DNA of 63,284 bases, the filler included, from Licmophora abbreviata (Eukaryota), in NCBI GenBank assembly GCA_900291995.1. It is 5 parts of 5 records of this genome, joined end to end, with 100 filler letters (N's around TTAATTAATTAA, not from the genome) between each part and the next. Parts side by side here need not be neighbours in the genome. Positions count along the whole stretch, not along the records: positions 1 to 15,872 come from OLMU01006028.1; positions 15,973 to 38,718 come from OLMU01006030.1; 3 more parts are not named here. One strand, written 5' to 3'. A program made the position numbers and the translations under genes. The notes beneath the pieces were generated by a model. That model saw only the letters and a program-made list of their open reading frames with translations. It had not been told where the DNA came from and did not search any database. Shown here one piece after another: positions 13,843 through 26,328 of the stretch (position 1 is the first letter of the stretch; every line of letters begins with the position of its first letter).

Positions 13843-14322
13843 CTAGTCCGTGTAAGAAACTTTGAGAAATATGGTCGCTTTCTTGGTAAGTAAGGAGCAG
13901 ATGAGGCCACAGCAGCATCGACACAGGAATCTGCAGGGCGCTGGGCAGCAAATCAACCCTTTGTTGTTCCTGCGCTTGTTGTCCACTACCATCTCAATGG
14001 CCTTGGGTTCGGCCGTCAAGCCCATCCGATCAAGATCAAGCTTGCAGAAGCCGATCGGATCGTCCCGTCCATAATCGTCGTCCATCACACGGATAGTGAG
14101 CACCATATTCTTCAATTGCGGGATATCATCGAAGACGAACGTCTCGTCGAAAACAGGACTGCAGTCGTCCTGCTTCTTGGTGCTTTGCTTGTCGCCGTAA
14201 TTCTTATCGAACACAAAATTGTCTTGCTCAAGCTCAAACTTGACGTAAGGGTCCGACTTTCCCACGCCATCCTCGTCGCGAAGGTGCTCCACTCTGTCCA
14301 GGATGACCGTAAGAACTCCCAT
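13843..14322 (-). CDS. Small single C2-domain protein with a Cys-rich insertion
   Basis: LRDEDGVGKSDPYV, PVFDETFVF and VMDDDYGRDDPIG carry the Ca2+-binding Asp pattern. CCPAPCRFLCRCCCGLIC lies before the last strand. Confidence 0.9.
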   Translation of the reverse strand: MGVLTVILDRVEHLRDEDGVGKSDPYVKFELEQDNFVFDKNYGDKQSTKKQDDCSPVFDETFVFDDIPQLKNMVLTIRVMDDDYGRDDPIGFCKLDLDRMGLTAEPKAIEMVVDNKRRNNKGLICCPAPCRFLCRCCCGLICSLLTKKATIFLKVSYTD

Positions 14323-14829
14323 GGTGAAGCGGCAGCTGGGCAGGCAGGGCGACGTCTGCCAAAGTGGAAAGTGAAATTGAAAATTGAAAATTGAGCGAGT
14401 TAGCCAAACGTCCGGGTTCTACAATCGGCGGACACCACATGGAGCCTCACCCAATGATCGCATGCGACTAGACAAGTCTAGGTGCAATCACATTCGAACA
14501 TGTTCGATGGCTCACAGGTACAGATGGCTACCGCATGTCGTTGGATACGTCCACTTCTTAGACCTGCAAGTATCTTATGCTGTTGCAGCGTGTAGCTACC
14601 AATAGGCAGTTTGCTTCAGAAGTGTTCAAGGGTCGTAAGCAAAGCAAACAAGAGGAGATCAATGGTCTAACGATGCCTTTCGACTTATTCGAAGTAGAGT
14701 CTGAAGTACGAGTAGAAACGGAGGAATCCATAGAAGACACATCGATGCGAAATGCTTTGAATGTTGACTTGCGAGCTACGATACGTGCATCTCCTAGACT
14801 AGACGCCCCCCAGCCGTTGCTGCGCTCCA

Positions 14830-15806
14830 TTACAACGTCTCGCTTGAAGTGGCACCAGCTCGTTTCTCTTCTGCTTCTGCCTCAATCGCCTTGACAATAA
14901 CATCAACATCGTCCTCGGCCATCATTTCCTTCTTTCCGCCCGTCCGCACGACACACAACTCCATCGTCTTGGCACCGCTGTCGACCACTTCCAACAAGGC
15001 CTGGACAGCGAGACGCAGACACTGGTCTTCCGTCATATCTTGGAGGTAATTCTTTTCCAAAAACTCTCGTAGACTCTTGGCATTCCTTCCTCCAATGACT
15101 TGGGCCTTCCACCGCGAGTGCGTCCCCGCCGGATCTGTCTGATACAACCGCGGCGACGCCGAGTCGCTCTCGACTCCTGCCAGCAGCGTCGCGATACCAA
15201 AGGGACGTACCCCACCACGCTGGGTGTACTGTTGTTGCGTCTGAGCCAAGTAGCGGGCGAGGTAGTCGACGCGAGGCGCGTCCTCCATGGTGAGCCTGTA
15301 CGACTGTGCCTCCACGCGAAGTTTGTTGATGAGGACGCGGGCGTCGGCCGTCAGGCCAGCGAAGGCGAGGACCGATCGTTCGTCCACAGAGACAATCTTG
15401 CGAATCGTACGCGCATCCTGGAGTCTGATTTAGAAAAAACCAGTAAGGAAATGGAGAAAGGGTGAGTCGAGTGTGGCAAAGTAAAAGATATCCAATGACG
15501 CGAAAAAGGTATCCAAAGTGTTCATATCGCTGCTTGCTTCGCGTCTCATAGGAACGAGCCCCCCGAGGCGCGGAATGAACCAATGGCAAGCACATGCGCT
15601 CCACGGTGAACCACTCTGAAGACTGGAAGGCCGCTACGCTACGCTACGTACTTTGCAAGAGCGCGACGTTCGACCGCGAGGACAACGCAATCCTTGCCCT
15701 GAATCCCTACAGCCGTGCTTCCGCGTTTGACGGCCTCCATGGCGTATTCCACTTGAAACAAGTGGCCGTCAGGACTAAATACAGTGATGGCGCGGTCGTA
15801 CGACAT
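14830..15806 (-). CDS. PSMA7: 20S proteasome alpha subunit (alpha4/PSMA7/PRE6); intron 15425-15651
   Basis: Exon 1 reads [22 protein letters not shown] and splices to [11 protein letters not shown]. Later [30 protein letters not shown]. Confidence 0.96.
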
Positions 15807-15872
15807 CGTTTGAGGTGGATGAGTCGAAGAAAAGACGGCAATCGAGACAACAGCGGCGCTCTTTCGGGCTGT

Positions 15873-15972
15873 NNNNNNNNNNNNNNNNNNNNNNNNNNNN
15901 NNNNNNNNNNNNNNNNTTAATTAATTAANNNNNNNNNNNNNNNNNNNNNNNNNNNNNNNNNNNNNNNNNNNN
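15873..15972. other. Artificial contig linker (N44-TTAATTAATTAA-N44)
   Basis: Identical 100-bp spacer with stop codons in all six frames occurs four times in the window. Confidence 0.98.
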
Positions 15973-16622
15973 AATCTTTGTCGCGGACATAAATGTATTG
16001 CAATGGGCGCCCATCAATTACATAGGCGGTGAGCGAGCGTGCAGGGCGAAAAGTAATGGGCGCCCATGTTTTACTTAGAGAAAAACGATATATCTTAGGG
16101 TGCTTCTGCTGGCTGGCTCCGCCTAGTATTGCTTGCTGCCGCAGGAGGAGGAATTGCAATCCTCATATGGCCTACGCTCGTCATCTTACTATCAATATTG
16201 CGTTTAGCTTCAACTCTCGTAAGGTATGACCGGTACCAGTGTCAATGCCTACGTCCAGCGCGCCCGATTCTAAGTAGTCGTACTCGAAGATTGCGACGGA
16301 GGGCGTGACGGACGGGAAAACCTGCGCGCCCCTTGACTCACTCGACTATATTGGTTTTTGTCGCATGTCGCAGTCGCTCGACATCTGATCCGACACATTC
16401 ATCAAGATGTCGAGACTTGATCAGTTAGTGGCAATCGTTTTTGCTCGCTGCAGTCGTCGTTGACCCTTAGCTTCAACAGGCGGGGCCGTGCCAACACAAC
16501 TCATTCTCAGACAGCAGCAGCGCGAGAACTAGGACCGCAGGATCGCCAACAATAGAGGCGACAGTGTGACGTTCAATCTCGATTTGATGGCTAGGAGAGC
16601 GGCGAGCCGCAAAACGAGCATC

Positions 16623-17823
16623 ATGCGGATCCTTGTGACCATTGGCCTTCTCATGTCGCAATGTCACGCCTTTGCAAGGTACAACCGTTGGGGACCAGCT
16701 AGACTTTCAGCACGCGGCTCTGGGCTGCCAATGGAAGGCCGAAGCGGCAGCACAGGAGTCATCAATGGCCAGAACGAACTCCCCTGTCTCAAAACCGCAG
16801 ATGTGCTATCCCTCGAGTCAATACGATCGACGTTGATCCGCCAAGAGGAAACGATCATTTTTGCGTTGATTGAGCGGTCGCAGTTTCGTCAGAACGGAGT
16901 TGTTTATCAGCGAGGTGGATTCGGTAATCTCGGGATCCCAGTCGGCAGTACTCCGGCCGACGACGATACGGATCTTTCCTTCCTCGAGTACATGCTTGTT
17001 GGCACGGTGAGAAACTAATTGTGCCTCCTGTATGGGAGAAAATTCTTTGCCGGCAAGTGGTAATCTTATTGATCAATCTTCACATTTTGAACAGGAGGCA
17101 CTTCACTGCGGTGTGCGGCGCTACACGTCGCCAGAAGAACACGCTTTCTTTCCGGATCGCCTTCCTGCAGGTCCCATGTCGGCACTTCCGAAGCTTGATT
17201 ACCCAAGCCTTCTTTCTGGCATCGGCGGAGCCTGCAGCGAGAACTTTAACCCAATTCTACTCCAAAAGTATGTCGATGTGGTTGTTCCAGCACTGACTGA
17301 GGGTGGAGACGACGAACAACATGGCTCGTCTATTCTTTGCGATATTGCGGCGCTCCAGGCGCTCAGTCGGCGAGTACACTACGGCAAGTTTGTGGCGGAG
17401 AGCAAGTATCGAGCAGATCCACAGGAGTATCAGCGACTTGTTGACAATGGAGATGCGGCCGGCGTAATGAGGCTATTGACAAATGAGGTCGTCGAAGAGC
17501 AGGTGCTGTGCAGAGCGCGTCTCAAGGCGGCAACGTATGGTCGCGAGCCTCTTCTATCGAGCATTCCACCTGTGGAGGGAGATGATGCAACGGCCGTCCT
17601 CGCTGCCGCAGCCGCAAGCGCGGTAGTCGCAGCGGTGGAAGCTCTCGGCAAAGACTCTGAAAAGAAGAAGGGCAAGGTGGATCCCGCTGTGATTGAACGA
17701 ATTTACCGCGAAATAGTTATTCCGATGACGAAGGACATCGAGGTGGCCTATCTGTTTCGGCGTTGTGGCAAACAACCTCCTCCCGAGTATTCACCTGATC
17801 GGATGAGTGTCGACAGTAAATAA
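16623..17823 (+). CDS. ARO7: Eukaryotic-type chorismate mutase, probably plastid-targeted; intron 17007-17094
   Basis: LSLESIRSTLIRQEETIIFALIERSQF, VGT|EALHCGVRRYTSPEEHAF, LQALSRRVHYGKFVAESK, VIPMTKDIEVAYL. N-terminal MRILVTIGLLMSQCHA-F. Confidence 0.95.
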
Positions 17824-17993
17824 ATTAGGTACCAGCAGTAGTCATCAACGGAGATGAAATATTGTAGCAATTAGTCTCTCGATTACAATGGCGTGTGAGT
17901 GCAAAAGGTCGAAGTCCACTATGGATGTAGTCGAACTCCATCTGACGCTGCGATTGACCCCTCTTGAAGAGCCTCAATCACTCGAGCGACGGC

Positions 17994-18522
17994 CTAGTAC
18001 AAGATCCCCCCTCCACCAAGGACGACAAGTGCTGCTACGACGACCATAATGTATAGAATGACGTTGGTCTGCTTCTTGTCAGAGTCAAGTCCGGTGCTCG
18101 CCTCGGCAATCAGTTTCGCACGCATCGAATTCGAGAGCGGGTCCTGCTTGACAGCGGGCTCGACCTACAGTATGAATGTGTATGAAAAGACAGAAAAATA
18201 ACCAGCTAGAGGGTGAGTCTAGAGAGTCTGTGGTCCTTTGTCCATTGAAGGTCCCTAGTTTCTTACGAAGTAGCAGTCAACGCACCTCATCATCGTAGTA
18301 GTCCCCTTCTGGAGCTTTGGTTTCCTTGGACTCTTGTCCTTCTTCTGACATTCGAAGGGCCCAGGCGTATCCGTTCGTCCTTGGAGTCACCGCTGGTGCG
18401 ACGCCTGGAAAGCGTACGGGCACCGCAACGCCAGTGTTTCTGCAGTTCGTCACAAAAAACGCGTCGGAGAAAGACACCACGCCGCAAAGAGCAACAAGGG
18501 TAGCGACGACGATGTGATTCAT
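17994..18522 (-). CDS. Small plastid-targeted protein with one C-terminal TM helix; intron 18165-18285
   Basis: Signal peptide ending SDA-FF. Exon 2 (missed by the ORF track) reads VEPAVKQDPLSNSMRAKLIAEASTGLDSDKKQTNVILYIMVVVAALVVLGGGGILY*. Confidence 0.8.
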
Positions 18523-18856
18523 GGTACCGGTAAGGTAGTAGTATCCGAAAGAACACAGTACAGTACAGTAAAAAAGCAGGGGGGCTCAGCTGACAAGCTG
18601 TGGTGTGTGACGAGCTGTGGCCTGCCCGCCCATCATCTTCGATCTCTGCCTTGTTGAGCGTGTTTTGATTGCGTGTATCATACTAAAATCTAAAATCGCC
18701 GTCCATGATACGAGCTTCTCATGGCGCTAAACATTCGAATGAAGCAGATACTTCAAGAAACCCGGAGAAAGGTTGCAGTGACGCATGAATTTCTTCAATT
18801 TTGTTCAATTTTCAATTTTGCTGCCGGTCAGCTGTCCGCAATTAGACTGCTCGACC

Positions 18857-19804
18857 ATGGTGAAAGCTGCTGTCGCTTCGGCTCATACGTTTCTCGGCGA
18901 TGTGGTGGACTACATTCCGCCCGGCGCGGTCCTATTCTTGGCAGCGGGAATGATCGCGGACGGAGCCTATTTGAAAGAGTTCCGCGCGGAGGTGACGGGC
19001 GTCCTTCTCATGATTGGGTTTACTTTCTCCGCTGGAACTTGGATTGGCGAGGGCGACCTCCGTATTGCCTGGTCATCGCACTTTCTAGGAATGCTTGCTT
19101 CTGATTACTTCTCCGATGGTCCACACGTTAATCCGGCCATGTCCCTCGCCATGTATGCTCTTGGACAAGTTTCTTACACAGAAATGTATGTGCGCGCCGC
19201 TGGACAGATGTTCGGCGGATTGTTGGCGTTCCCCTTATTCCACGCCGTCTCCAACTACTTTCAAATCAAACCTTTCGGTGGTCCCGAGTACCGCATGGAT
19301 GAGGATGATATCGCCACGGCTGAGGCCTTTGTGTCAGAGTTTTGCGCTACCTTCATCCTTTGCTGGGCTATATACATACTCAATATGGAAATCCACTTTG
19401 GAAAATATCATTCCTTGATTAAGACGAGCTTGACGGCAGTCACCATTCGTGCCTTGATCGAAATCTTCCCGACGGCAGGACCTGCAATGAATCCAATGCT
19501 CGCTACCGCCTGTAAGTTAGTAACTCACTCACCGCTCTGTCGTGTCGCGCTCTACTTCACCGTTGCTGACTCTGCGGTTTACTCCTCTTATTTTGCAGGG
19601 GCTGTGTTTGGAGTAGGGAAGACCTTCGAGTTTCCACAAGAACAGGAGCACTATTTCGTCTATTGGTTGGGGCCTTGCGTAGCGGCTCTCTTGGCCTCGT
19701 TTACTTATGTCGTTTACGCCGGAGGGACTTTTCTTGGGGCCAAGCTGCCGATCGGACCATTGAAGCCTAAGCGAACTGCGGCGAAGGCGCAAAAGCAGGA
19801 TTAG
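18857..19804 (+). CDS. Major intrinsic protein (aquaporin), heterokont LIP-type; intron 19512-19598
   Basis: HVNPA and AMNPM motifs, EFCAT, YFVYWLGP. Removing an 87-nt GTAAGT...TTGCAG intron restores NPMLATAWAVFG. Confidence 0.9.
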   Translation: MVKAAVASAHTFLGDVVDYIPPGAVLFLAAGMIADGAYLKEFRAEVTGVLLMIGFTFSAGTWIGEGDLRIAWSSHFLGMLASDYFSDGPHVNPAMSLAMYALGQVSYTEMYVRAAGQMFGGLLAFPLFHAVSNYFQIKPFGGPEYRMDEDDIATAEAFVSEFCATFILCWAIYILNMEIHFGKYHSLIKTSLTAVTIRALIEIFPTAGPAMNPMLATACKLVTHSPLCRVALYFTVADSAVYSSYFAGAVFGVGKTFEFPQEQEHYFVYWLGPCVAALLASFTYVVYAGGTFLGAKLPIGPLKPKRTAAKAQKQD

Positions 19805-19865
19805 AGTAGAATAGCCCGTTGACGACGTCTATAGTAGTTGTATCCGTCGCACAGACTAGTTCTTT

Positions 19866-22800
19866 CTAGTGCATGCGTAATTTGACACGGTGGGATCTTG
19901 CGCTCTTTCTGGTAGGCAGTTCCGAATCGTTCAGAGGCGAACTGTCGCGTTTCGCGGCACGCGCTCTCTTTATTCCACGCCCTCTCACCAATTCTCCATC
20001 GTTAGGCGGCGCTGGGTGTGTTTCTCTCCGAAGCGTCGATTTTCTCCCGCGCTTGGATGCGTTCTTGGCTAGTTCCCCATCTGATGAGTCAAACTCTTGG
20101 AGTCGCTGCCTCGATGCCCGACCTCTCCTCGGATCCGACTTCGCACCTCTTCTGCGTTCTTTCTGGGAAGGATCACTTGACAACTCAACCTCAGGCTGTT
20201 GGGATTCTGCTACGCGGCCCTTCCGTGGTCGGCCTCTGCTACGCGGCTGTCGTTTCACAGTCCGATCAGTGTTCGACGCATTCTCTATTGCTGAGAGCTC
20301 CTTGGGCACTTCTGACGACTGGTGGGTTTGCTCAGCCTGCTTCGCCTTCGTAGCTAGTTTAATAACCTCGCCTTCTGAAAGATCTTCGCGGTCACTATCT
20401 TCGTAACGAATCCGGTAGAAGCTCGAGTTTTTCGTCGGCATCTGCTCAACTATGCCACCGTACTCGCCATACCCCCCGAAATGCTTCAGGACCTTCGTTC
20501 CGACCTGGATTGTTGCCACTTTGACACTGCCCTTCGCGTCATCACTTTCGCCATCGCCAACTGGGATGATTTCTCCGGCCGTGAGTGCTTCGATTCGTGG
20601 CGTCGCTTTCTTGGTAGGCCGCTGACGGCGCGATCGCAGTTTCGTGAGGAGATCTACAAGTCTGGCGGTCCGTTCTGCAAAATCGTCAATTGCCTCTGCT
20701 TTCATCGTTCCTCGGGAATCGTTTCGGGGACTCAGAGCTCCTGCGTCATGGGAGTCGTGTTTCGAAATGGAAGTGCATTTGGAACAAAACCAGTCGTCGT
20801 CGGGAATCTCGCGCAAACCTATGCAGGAAGGGTGCAGTACATTAGGGCATCCCTCGCAGCAGAGCACGTCGCCGCTCAATCCGCACACGATACAATAGTT
20901 GAAGTGGCCGTCAGAGGGATCTATGGGGAAGCGGGTGTTGATGAATTCGTCGCTTAGGCTGGGCGCTTGGGCCGCAGCAACCCTGGCCTCCTTCTCCAGC
21001 CTGGTGGCTAGCTCCACAGCGAGCTTGGCATCTCGAACGACTTCATGCACTGACGGGTTTTGCGACTGGCGAGCTTCAGCATAGCTGGCTTGCTGATCAG
21101 GAGAAGGGGGGCAACCCGTAGGCGAATTATCTTCACCAAACTTCATCATACGTAGCATATGGTCTATCGAGCCTAGCTGTCTGAATGACTCGATCCAATC
21201 AAAGTCGGCGTTCGAATGTCTCCTGAGAACTCTGCACGAGTACATGGATGATCCCAAGGAATCGCAGCGGGCGCACGGGCGCATTCTACCGATTTTGCCA
21301 TAAAGAGCGGAGACCAGCCCGTCATTCGCCTGCATCTCGTACGGGCTCAAAACAATCGGCTTGGATTGATCAAGCTGTTTTCTGTCTTGCTGCCCATTTT
21401 TGTTCCCGTCCGAGGGGTCGTCCTTGTCATCAAAGCTGGCTTTGCCATCGTCCCCAAAAGCACCAGTTATCTTGATGCTCATCGTAGGTGCGGCAGACCC
21501 GGAGGCCAAGCCACCCTTGTCCGACTCCTTCGTCAAGGCCGCAAGGGTATATCCTAGTCTCTGGCGTCCTTGCGCCATAATCTTTTCCAGCTTAGAGTTC
21601 TCTGAAGATGGATTGTCTGAAAGTGTGACTCTGCGTCTCGAAAGTGTACCGAATATCCGTTCCATCGAGACTGTTTCGGTTGCACAGACCACAGCTGCGC
21701 CATATAGCTTTCGCACAGGGGCGATTCGGCACATGCACCGAAGCTCCTCTTCTGAAAACTTGTCCGTTAATGGGTGGACAGGAATCGGGGCCTGAAAGCT
21801 CTCCTGGTTGTTCAGGAACTTGTTGATCTCTCTGGATGACATAGCCTTAGCGACCTTTCGAATTGAGAATGACTTCCCTCGCCGTCGTAACGCAGACTCG
21901 AACAGAACAAGAAGGACTGACGTCACGTAAGCTTCTCGAATATCCTGAACAAGCGCACTCGTGCGCCTGTAGTAATCGTTGCGTAGACGCAGCTGGATCA
22001 ATTCGAGGCACAGATTTGGGCTCGGTGAAATCGTCCCATGCCATTCAATACTCTTAACGATACCGCCACGGTCAGTCTTTTGTCGGTCTTCAAGCGTTGC
22101 GGGCAAAGCAGACATCCACGGGGGCAAGAAGTGTACATCGGCGAGGAGAGATACTGATTTCTCGTCGACGTTCTCGACTCCTCTTGTCTTTACGATCGCT
22201 CTCCCAAGGCTCGACTGGTCTGCGATGACAGAATCGCCTTTTAGTAGGAGTCTCGGAAAGGTGGGGACTTTACCAGGTTTCGCCGATGGCCCGGGCCATC
22301 CGCGCTTGATGGCATCGGTGTTTTTTAGTCTCGCGTCCATATAGTCTGCGGGTATGCCATCGATACACCGTCGCTTCAGCACATCGAAGCAGCGACTAAT
22401 CGAGCTGACTTCTTCCTTGGACAAGCGAGATGGGATCATGGCGGTTCCAGGTTCGGACAAGAGATCAGGCTCCAAGATGTCTAACGGGAGCGTCGCACCG
22501 GAGTCCGATGGTTGCCAGGCGGGAAGAAGGAACGATCCACTGGTGGACAGCCCACATCCGGGACACTCGTTAGGAACATCGAAAGGGTTCTCTGAAGTGG
22601 TCGGGGACTCGAGGTATCCCGCAAGAGCACAAGGTCTCCAACAGACTCTGTAGACACTACTGTGTCCAGCCCAGCCGTAACAGAACGAAATTCCGACAGC
22701 AAGTACCGGTGCGGGACAATCAAATGTCTCGGAGCTGCCGTCTTCTATCGACAGGTGTCGGGGAAATTCTGCCCGGACCCATATGACTCTCCCGACGAGC

Positions 22801-25800
22801 CATCGCTTGTTCAAGTGATCCCAAAGATCTTCAGTGTCAACTAGCGTTGTTTCCGTAGCGGCCGAGTTATCACCGTGGTCGCGCGCAACAAATGTAGGGA
22901 GCATACACTGTTCCACCGTAAGCGATCGGTTATGCCCCCCAACAAAACTTGAATGCCGGAATCGAGAGTAGTACACTAGGTCACCGTGCTGCGGAATCCA
23001 GGCTATTGCACGTCGTTGGGATGACGGCGTCTGGGAGCACGTGCCATCAGGATTCGCACTCTGGAGCCACGAGCGCTGTAAACTCCCTTCAAAGGGTACA
23101 GGGGCCTTTGACTTCTTCGATGACCAGCGGTTCCGAGCAGGACCCTTGTGGTCGGTAGATGCATCGTCTGCTATCACCATGACGGGAGAGTTGGTCTGAA
23201 GAAGTATGGCGTGGCGACGTTCCTCCTCTTTCTTTTCTCGAATTTTCCGCTCCTTGAAATGACGCGATGCGAGAGTAGATATGTCTTTCTTCAGTAGAGG
23301 TATGATCTCGCGAGCAATCCGCACCACCTCCGCGTCTGGGCTGTTGAAGAGGATGCAATTTTCCAGGATCATGGAGATGTCGCTCAGCAAAGCATCAACA
23401 CTGCGATAGTAGCAGTACGAATGCTCGTTTCTCGATAAGCGCCGAAGTACTCGATCGAAAGACATGCTCAACGGAACTGCGCAGCTGTACGACGGAACGT
23501 CATTGTCCGTCAGAGTCTGAGAAAACATCGAAGCATTCGGGGTTCCCTTTACAAACTCTTCAATAGTGAATTCTAGTTTTGTGCCAAGTGAGTCATCCAG
23601 AGAACAAGCTAAGCCCGTCTCAGGATGAGTTCCGGGGAGAGACGGACAAATCATTCGTGAGCTTCCTGTTGCCTCCTCATTTTGGACTGGCTCTAAGTCC
23701 CAGGCATTGACCGTCCGCCGTCTGGCAGCTGTACCCTCGACCTTCACGCTTTTCCAAAGCGGGAACGTTGACCGAATCAAGTCCACCAATCCTATGTCAG
23801 CTGACTTCGAATCGCCTTCTATGCCATCAACGATTTCCGACTCGACTCTGGTTTGCAATACGTTTGTCACAGTTAGCGCATCGACAATCGACATTGTCGC
23901 TTGACTTGCGGAATGACTCCAAGGCGCCTCAACAAGGGACTTTTCTACCGTGGATATGAAAGGCTCAGATTTCGCCCTCAACTCTTTGAGCACATGTCGA
24001 ATCGACCAAACCTTGTCATCGAGACGTCCATCCCCAAACTCGGCATCTAGTGACTTGAAGGACGTCACAACTGCGACGAATCTCTCATCAGATTTAAGCT
24101 TAACGAGTCTGCCGGAGTCGAGAGAGTGCCAGACTCGGTACGCCCAGGAAAATGGAAGAAGGAAGGGTGCGGCTTTTCGAGACGGAAATGTAGCGACTGT
24201 GAACAAAGGTGGCAGCGCCAACAAGCCTTCGCGGGACCTGTCTGTCGAGTCATTTGGCCCCATGAGTAGTGGCGTAAGGGGGCGCAAAGTAACCGCGAGA
24301 GACAAGGAAACGTCCGATTTTCTCGAGTTGGGGCCTGATGCGTTCCCCTTAGGGAGATTCCAGACTATCCGAATGCTTCCCGCTCCCTGATCTTTCTTCA
24401 CGACCCTATGTTCCGCGTTGGGGTCAGGGGGGAACTCCGCGTGAGTGCGTTCAACTCGACACAAAAGAGGATAAGTGCCATACCGCTCTTCAACGGATGC
24501 AAGCCACTCATCCGTCCACCATGTCGGAAATTGAGCCCGTCGACTTTTCTTCCCGGAAATGTCGTTCCCATCGGGTACAGGGCAATTTTTTTCTTTCTCT
24601 TTCCGTGCCCGCTCCCAAAGTGGCAATCGCAGAATCTGTCTCGTCTTTTTCCCGAGCTCGTCCGGGTGTAGTTTGAGAAACGATCGGTGCCCAGCTGGAA
24701 AGTACCTGCTCCTCCGGCGTACGAACGAAAGAGTGAGTGGTTGTTCGCGGACAAGACGATACTTGATTCATTTTTTGTCACTCACAGCAGAGTGTCACCG
24801 ACTTGGGGAACGAACGATGAAAGTTCAAATTTTTCGGGGGCGACAGTCTCGTGCTCAAGCCACGTCCGCTTTATTTTGGTGGAGAAGGCGGGCGAGACCC
24901 AGCCTCCCACGTTCCGAGAAGCCGAGTCGCGCTTCTTTCTCGGCTTCTCTGGCTGTTCAGCAACTTTCTGATCATTGTCGATTGTCGCTGCACCCGAGTC
25001 GAGAGCTTCGGGAGCACAAGACACAGCTAACCCACTCACTGTTGATGACGTCAGCCTTCCCTCTCCTACCATCAGCCCTTCTCTCTTTACATCTCTCCCA
25101 TTCTCAGTATCGCATTCGGCCTCATTAGCCTTGCGACGTCTCGTTTCTCTTGGTGGAGGCGGGAGGTCACGAGGAGTTCGTTCTAGCAATAATGTATCCA
25201 GCTCTTGAGTAGCGGTCTAATGACATCCAGCAAACAAGTTTACGTTTAGCAGAGAGAATCTTGGTATTGTCAGGGGATTCCAGTCGGTATACGGCAAACT
25301 GCTCACCTTCAAGGCACGCGGGAACAGACGGGCAGCATCAATCATTTCCATTTTCCGCTGGTTCTCTTCGCGCTGTTGTGCTTGAAGCAAGAGGTTTTCC
25401 CTCGCCTATATCGCGTGATAAGATGAGATACAATGGCGTTAGCGCCATCATGAAACAAAGCTACCCTTCGAGACGAAAAATGGCAACTCACGTTTGGTGC
25501 CTCGTCGAAACATCGAATTGCGTTCTTGATTTCGCCAGTACGACGGTCGAACTCCTGAAGCAATTCGCGTTTTGAACCCCCGAGGTACCGTTTCTCATCT
25601 TCGTATCGTCGCACAATTCGTTCTTTTTCAATCCGTTTCTTCTCCTTTCGCTCGTACTTTTCCAGCTCCTTGTGGGCGAGCTTCTGTTCAACTCGAGCAG
25701 AGCGTAAGTTCTTTTCTGCCTGATATAGGGTTCTCTTCGATTCCGATTCCATCCTTCTGAATTCATCGTAGATGAAGCGGTCAAGTCTCGACTGAATTTT

Positions 25801-26328
25801 GTTTCCGGTAGCATGGGGCTTCTTTCGTTTCGCTACCGGCAGCTTCTGGTCGGTCGTAGGATCCTTGATGGGTTTCTCGGCGTATGACAGTTCCTTGTTC
25901 TTGCTGTTTCGCGATAGCGACGACCTACGGCTCGTGATCTCGGGGGACTTCTTCTTCTTTGGACGACTACAAGTCTGCGACTGTTGTGGTTTTGGCTTGA
26001 CCTTCTCTAGCCCAAGGCTTGCCAGGTATTCTTTGTTGCGTCGAATGCGCTCAAGCCGCATGATTTCGTACTCGGAAAGTTCATGACCATCTTCGCTCTC
26101 AATTTTCCTCATTGCCGGTGCGGCGCTGTTTTCATCGCTGGACAAGTCAGATTCACCATCGTTTTCTGACTTCGAATAATCGCCGAACCCGTTGGATTCC
26201 TCACTAGTACGCGAGGATTGAGCATGCTCAACCCCACCGTTCGAAGCATTGGTAAGGGATTCGGGGTCCTTGACTTTCTCGTCGTTGTTGACAGCCCCCC
26301 TGTCGCCCCCCTTCTCATACAATGACAT
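19866..26328 (-). CDS. About 2,050-aa chromatin reader: BRWD/PHIP-like ancillary + bromodomain-like modules, PHD finger, Tudor-like domain, AT-hook; exons about 26328-25492, 25405-25307, 25216-24786, 24705-19866
   Basis: Canonical splice sites join three ORFs in frame (FVPQVGDTLL|YFPAGH). Bromodomain segment YYRSVDALLSDISMILENCILFN, PHD CIVC..CCEGC..HPSC..WFCSKC, Tudor-like VGTKVLKHF...YRIRYEDSDREDL, AT-hook RGRPRK. Confidence 0.85.

Noticed and set aside
19873..24390. Many long antisense ORFs over the large genes
   Set aside because: Shadow ORFs expected opposite real CDSs at about 50% GC; no motifs.
24620..24710. Possible programmed frameshift at GGGAAAAAG in the BRWD-like gene
   Set aside because: With the acceptor at 24706 the frame is continuous (YFPAGH...LGKKTRQILRLPLW); no shift is needed.
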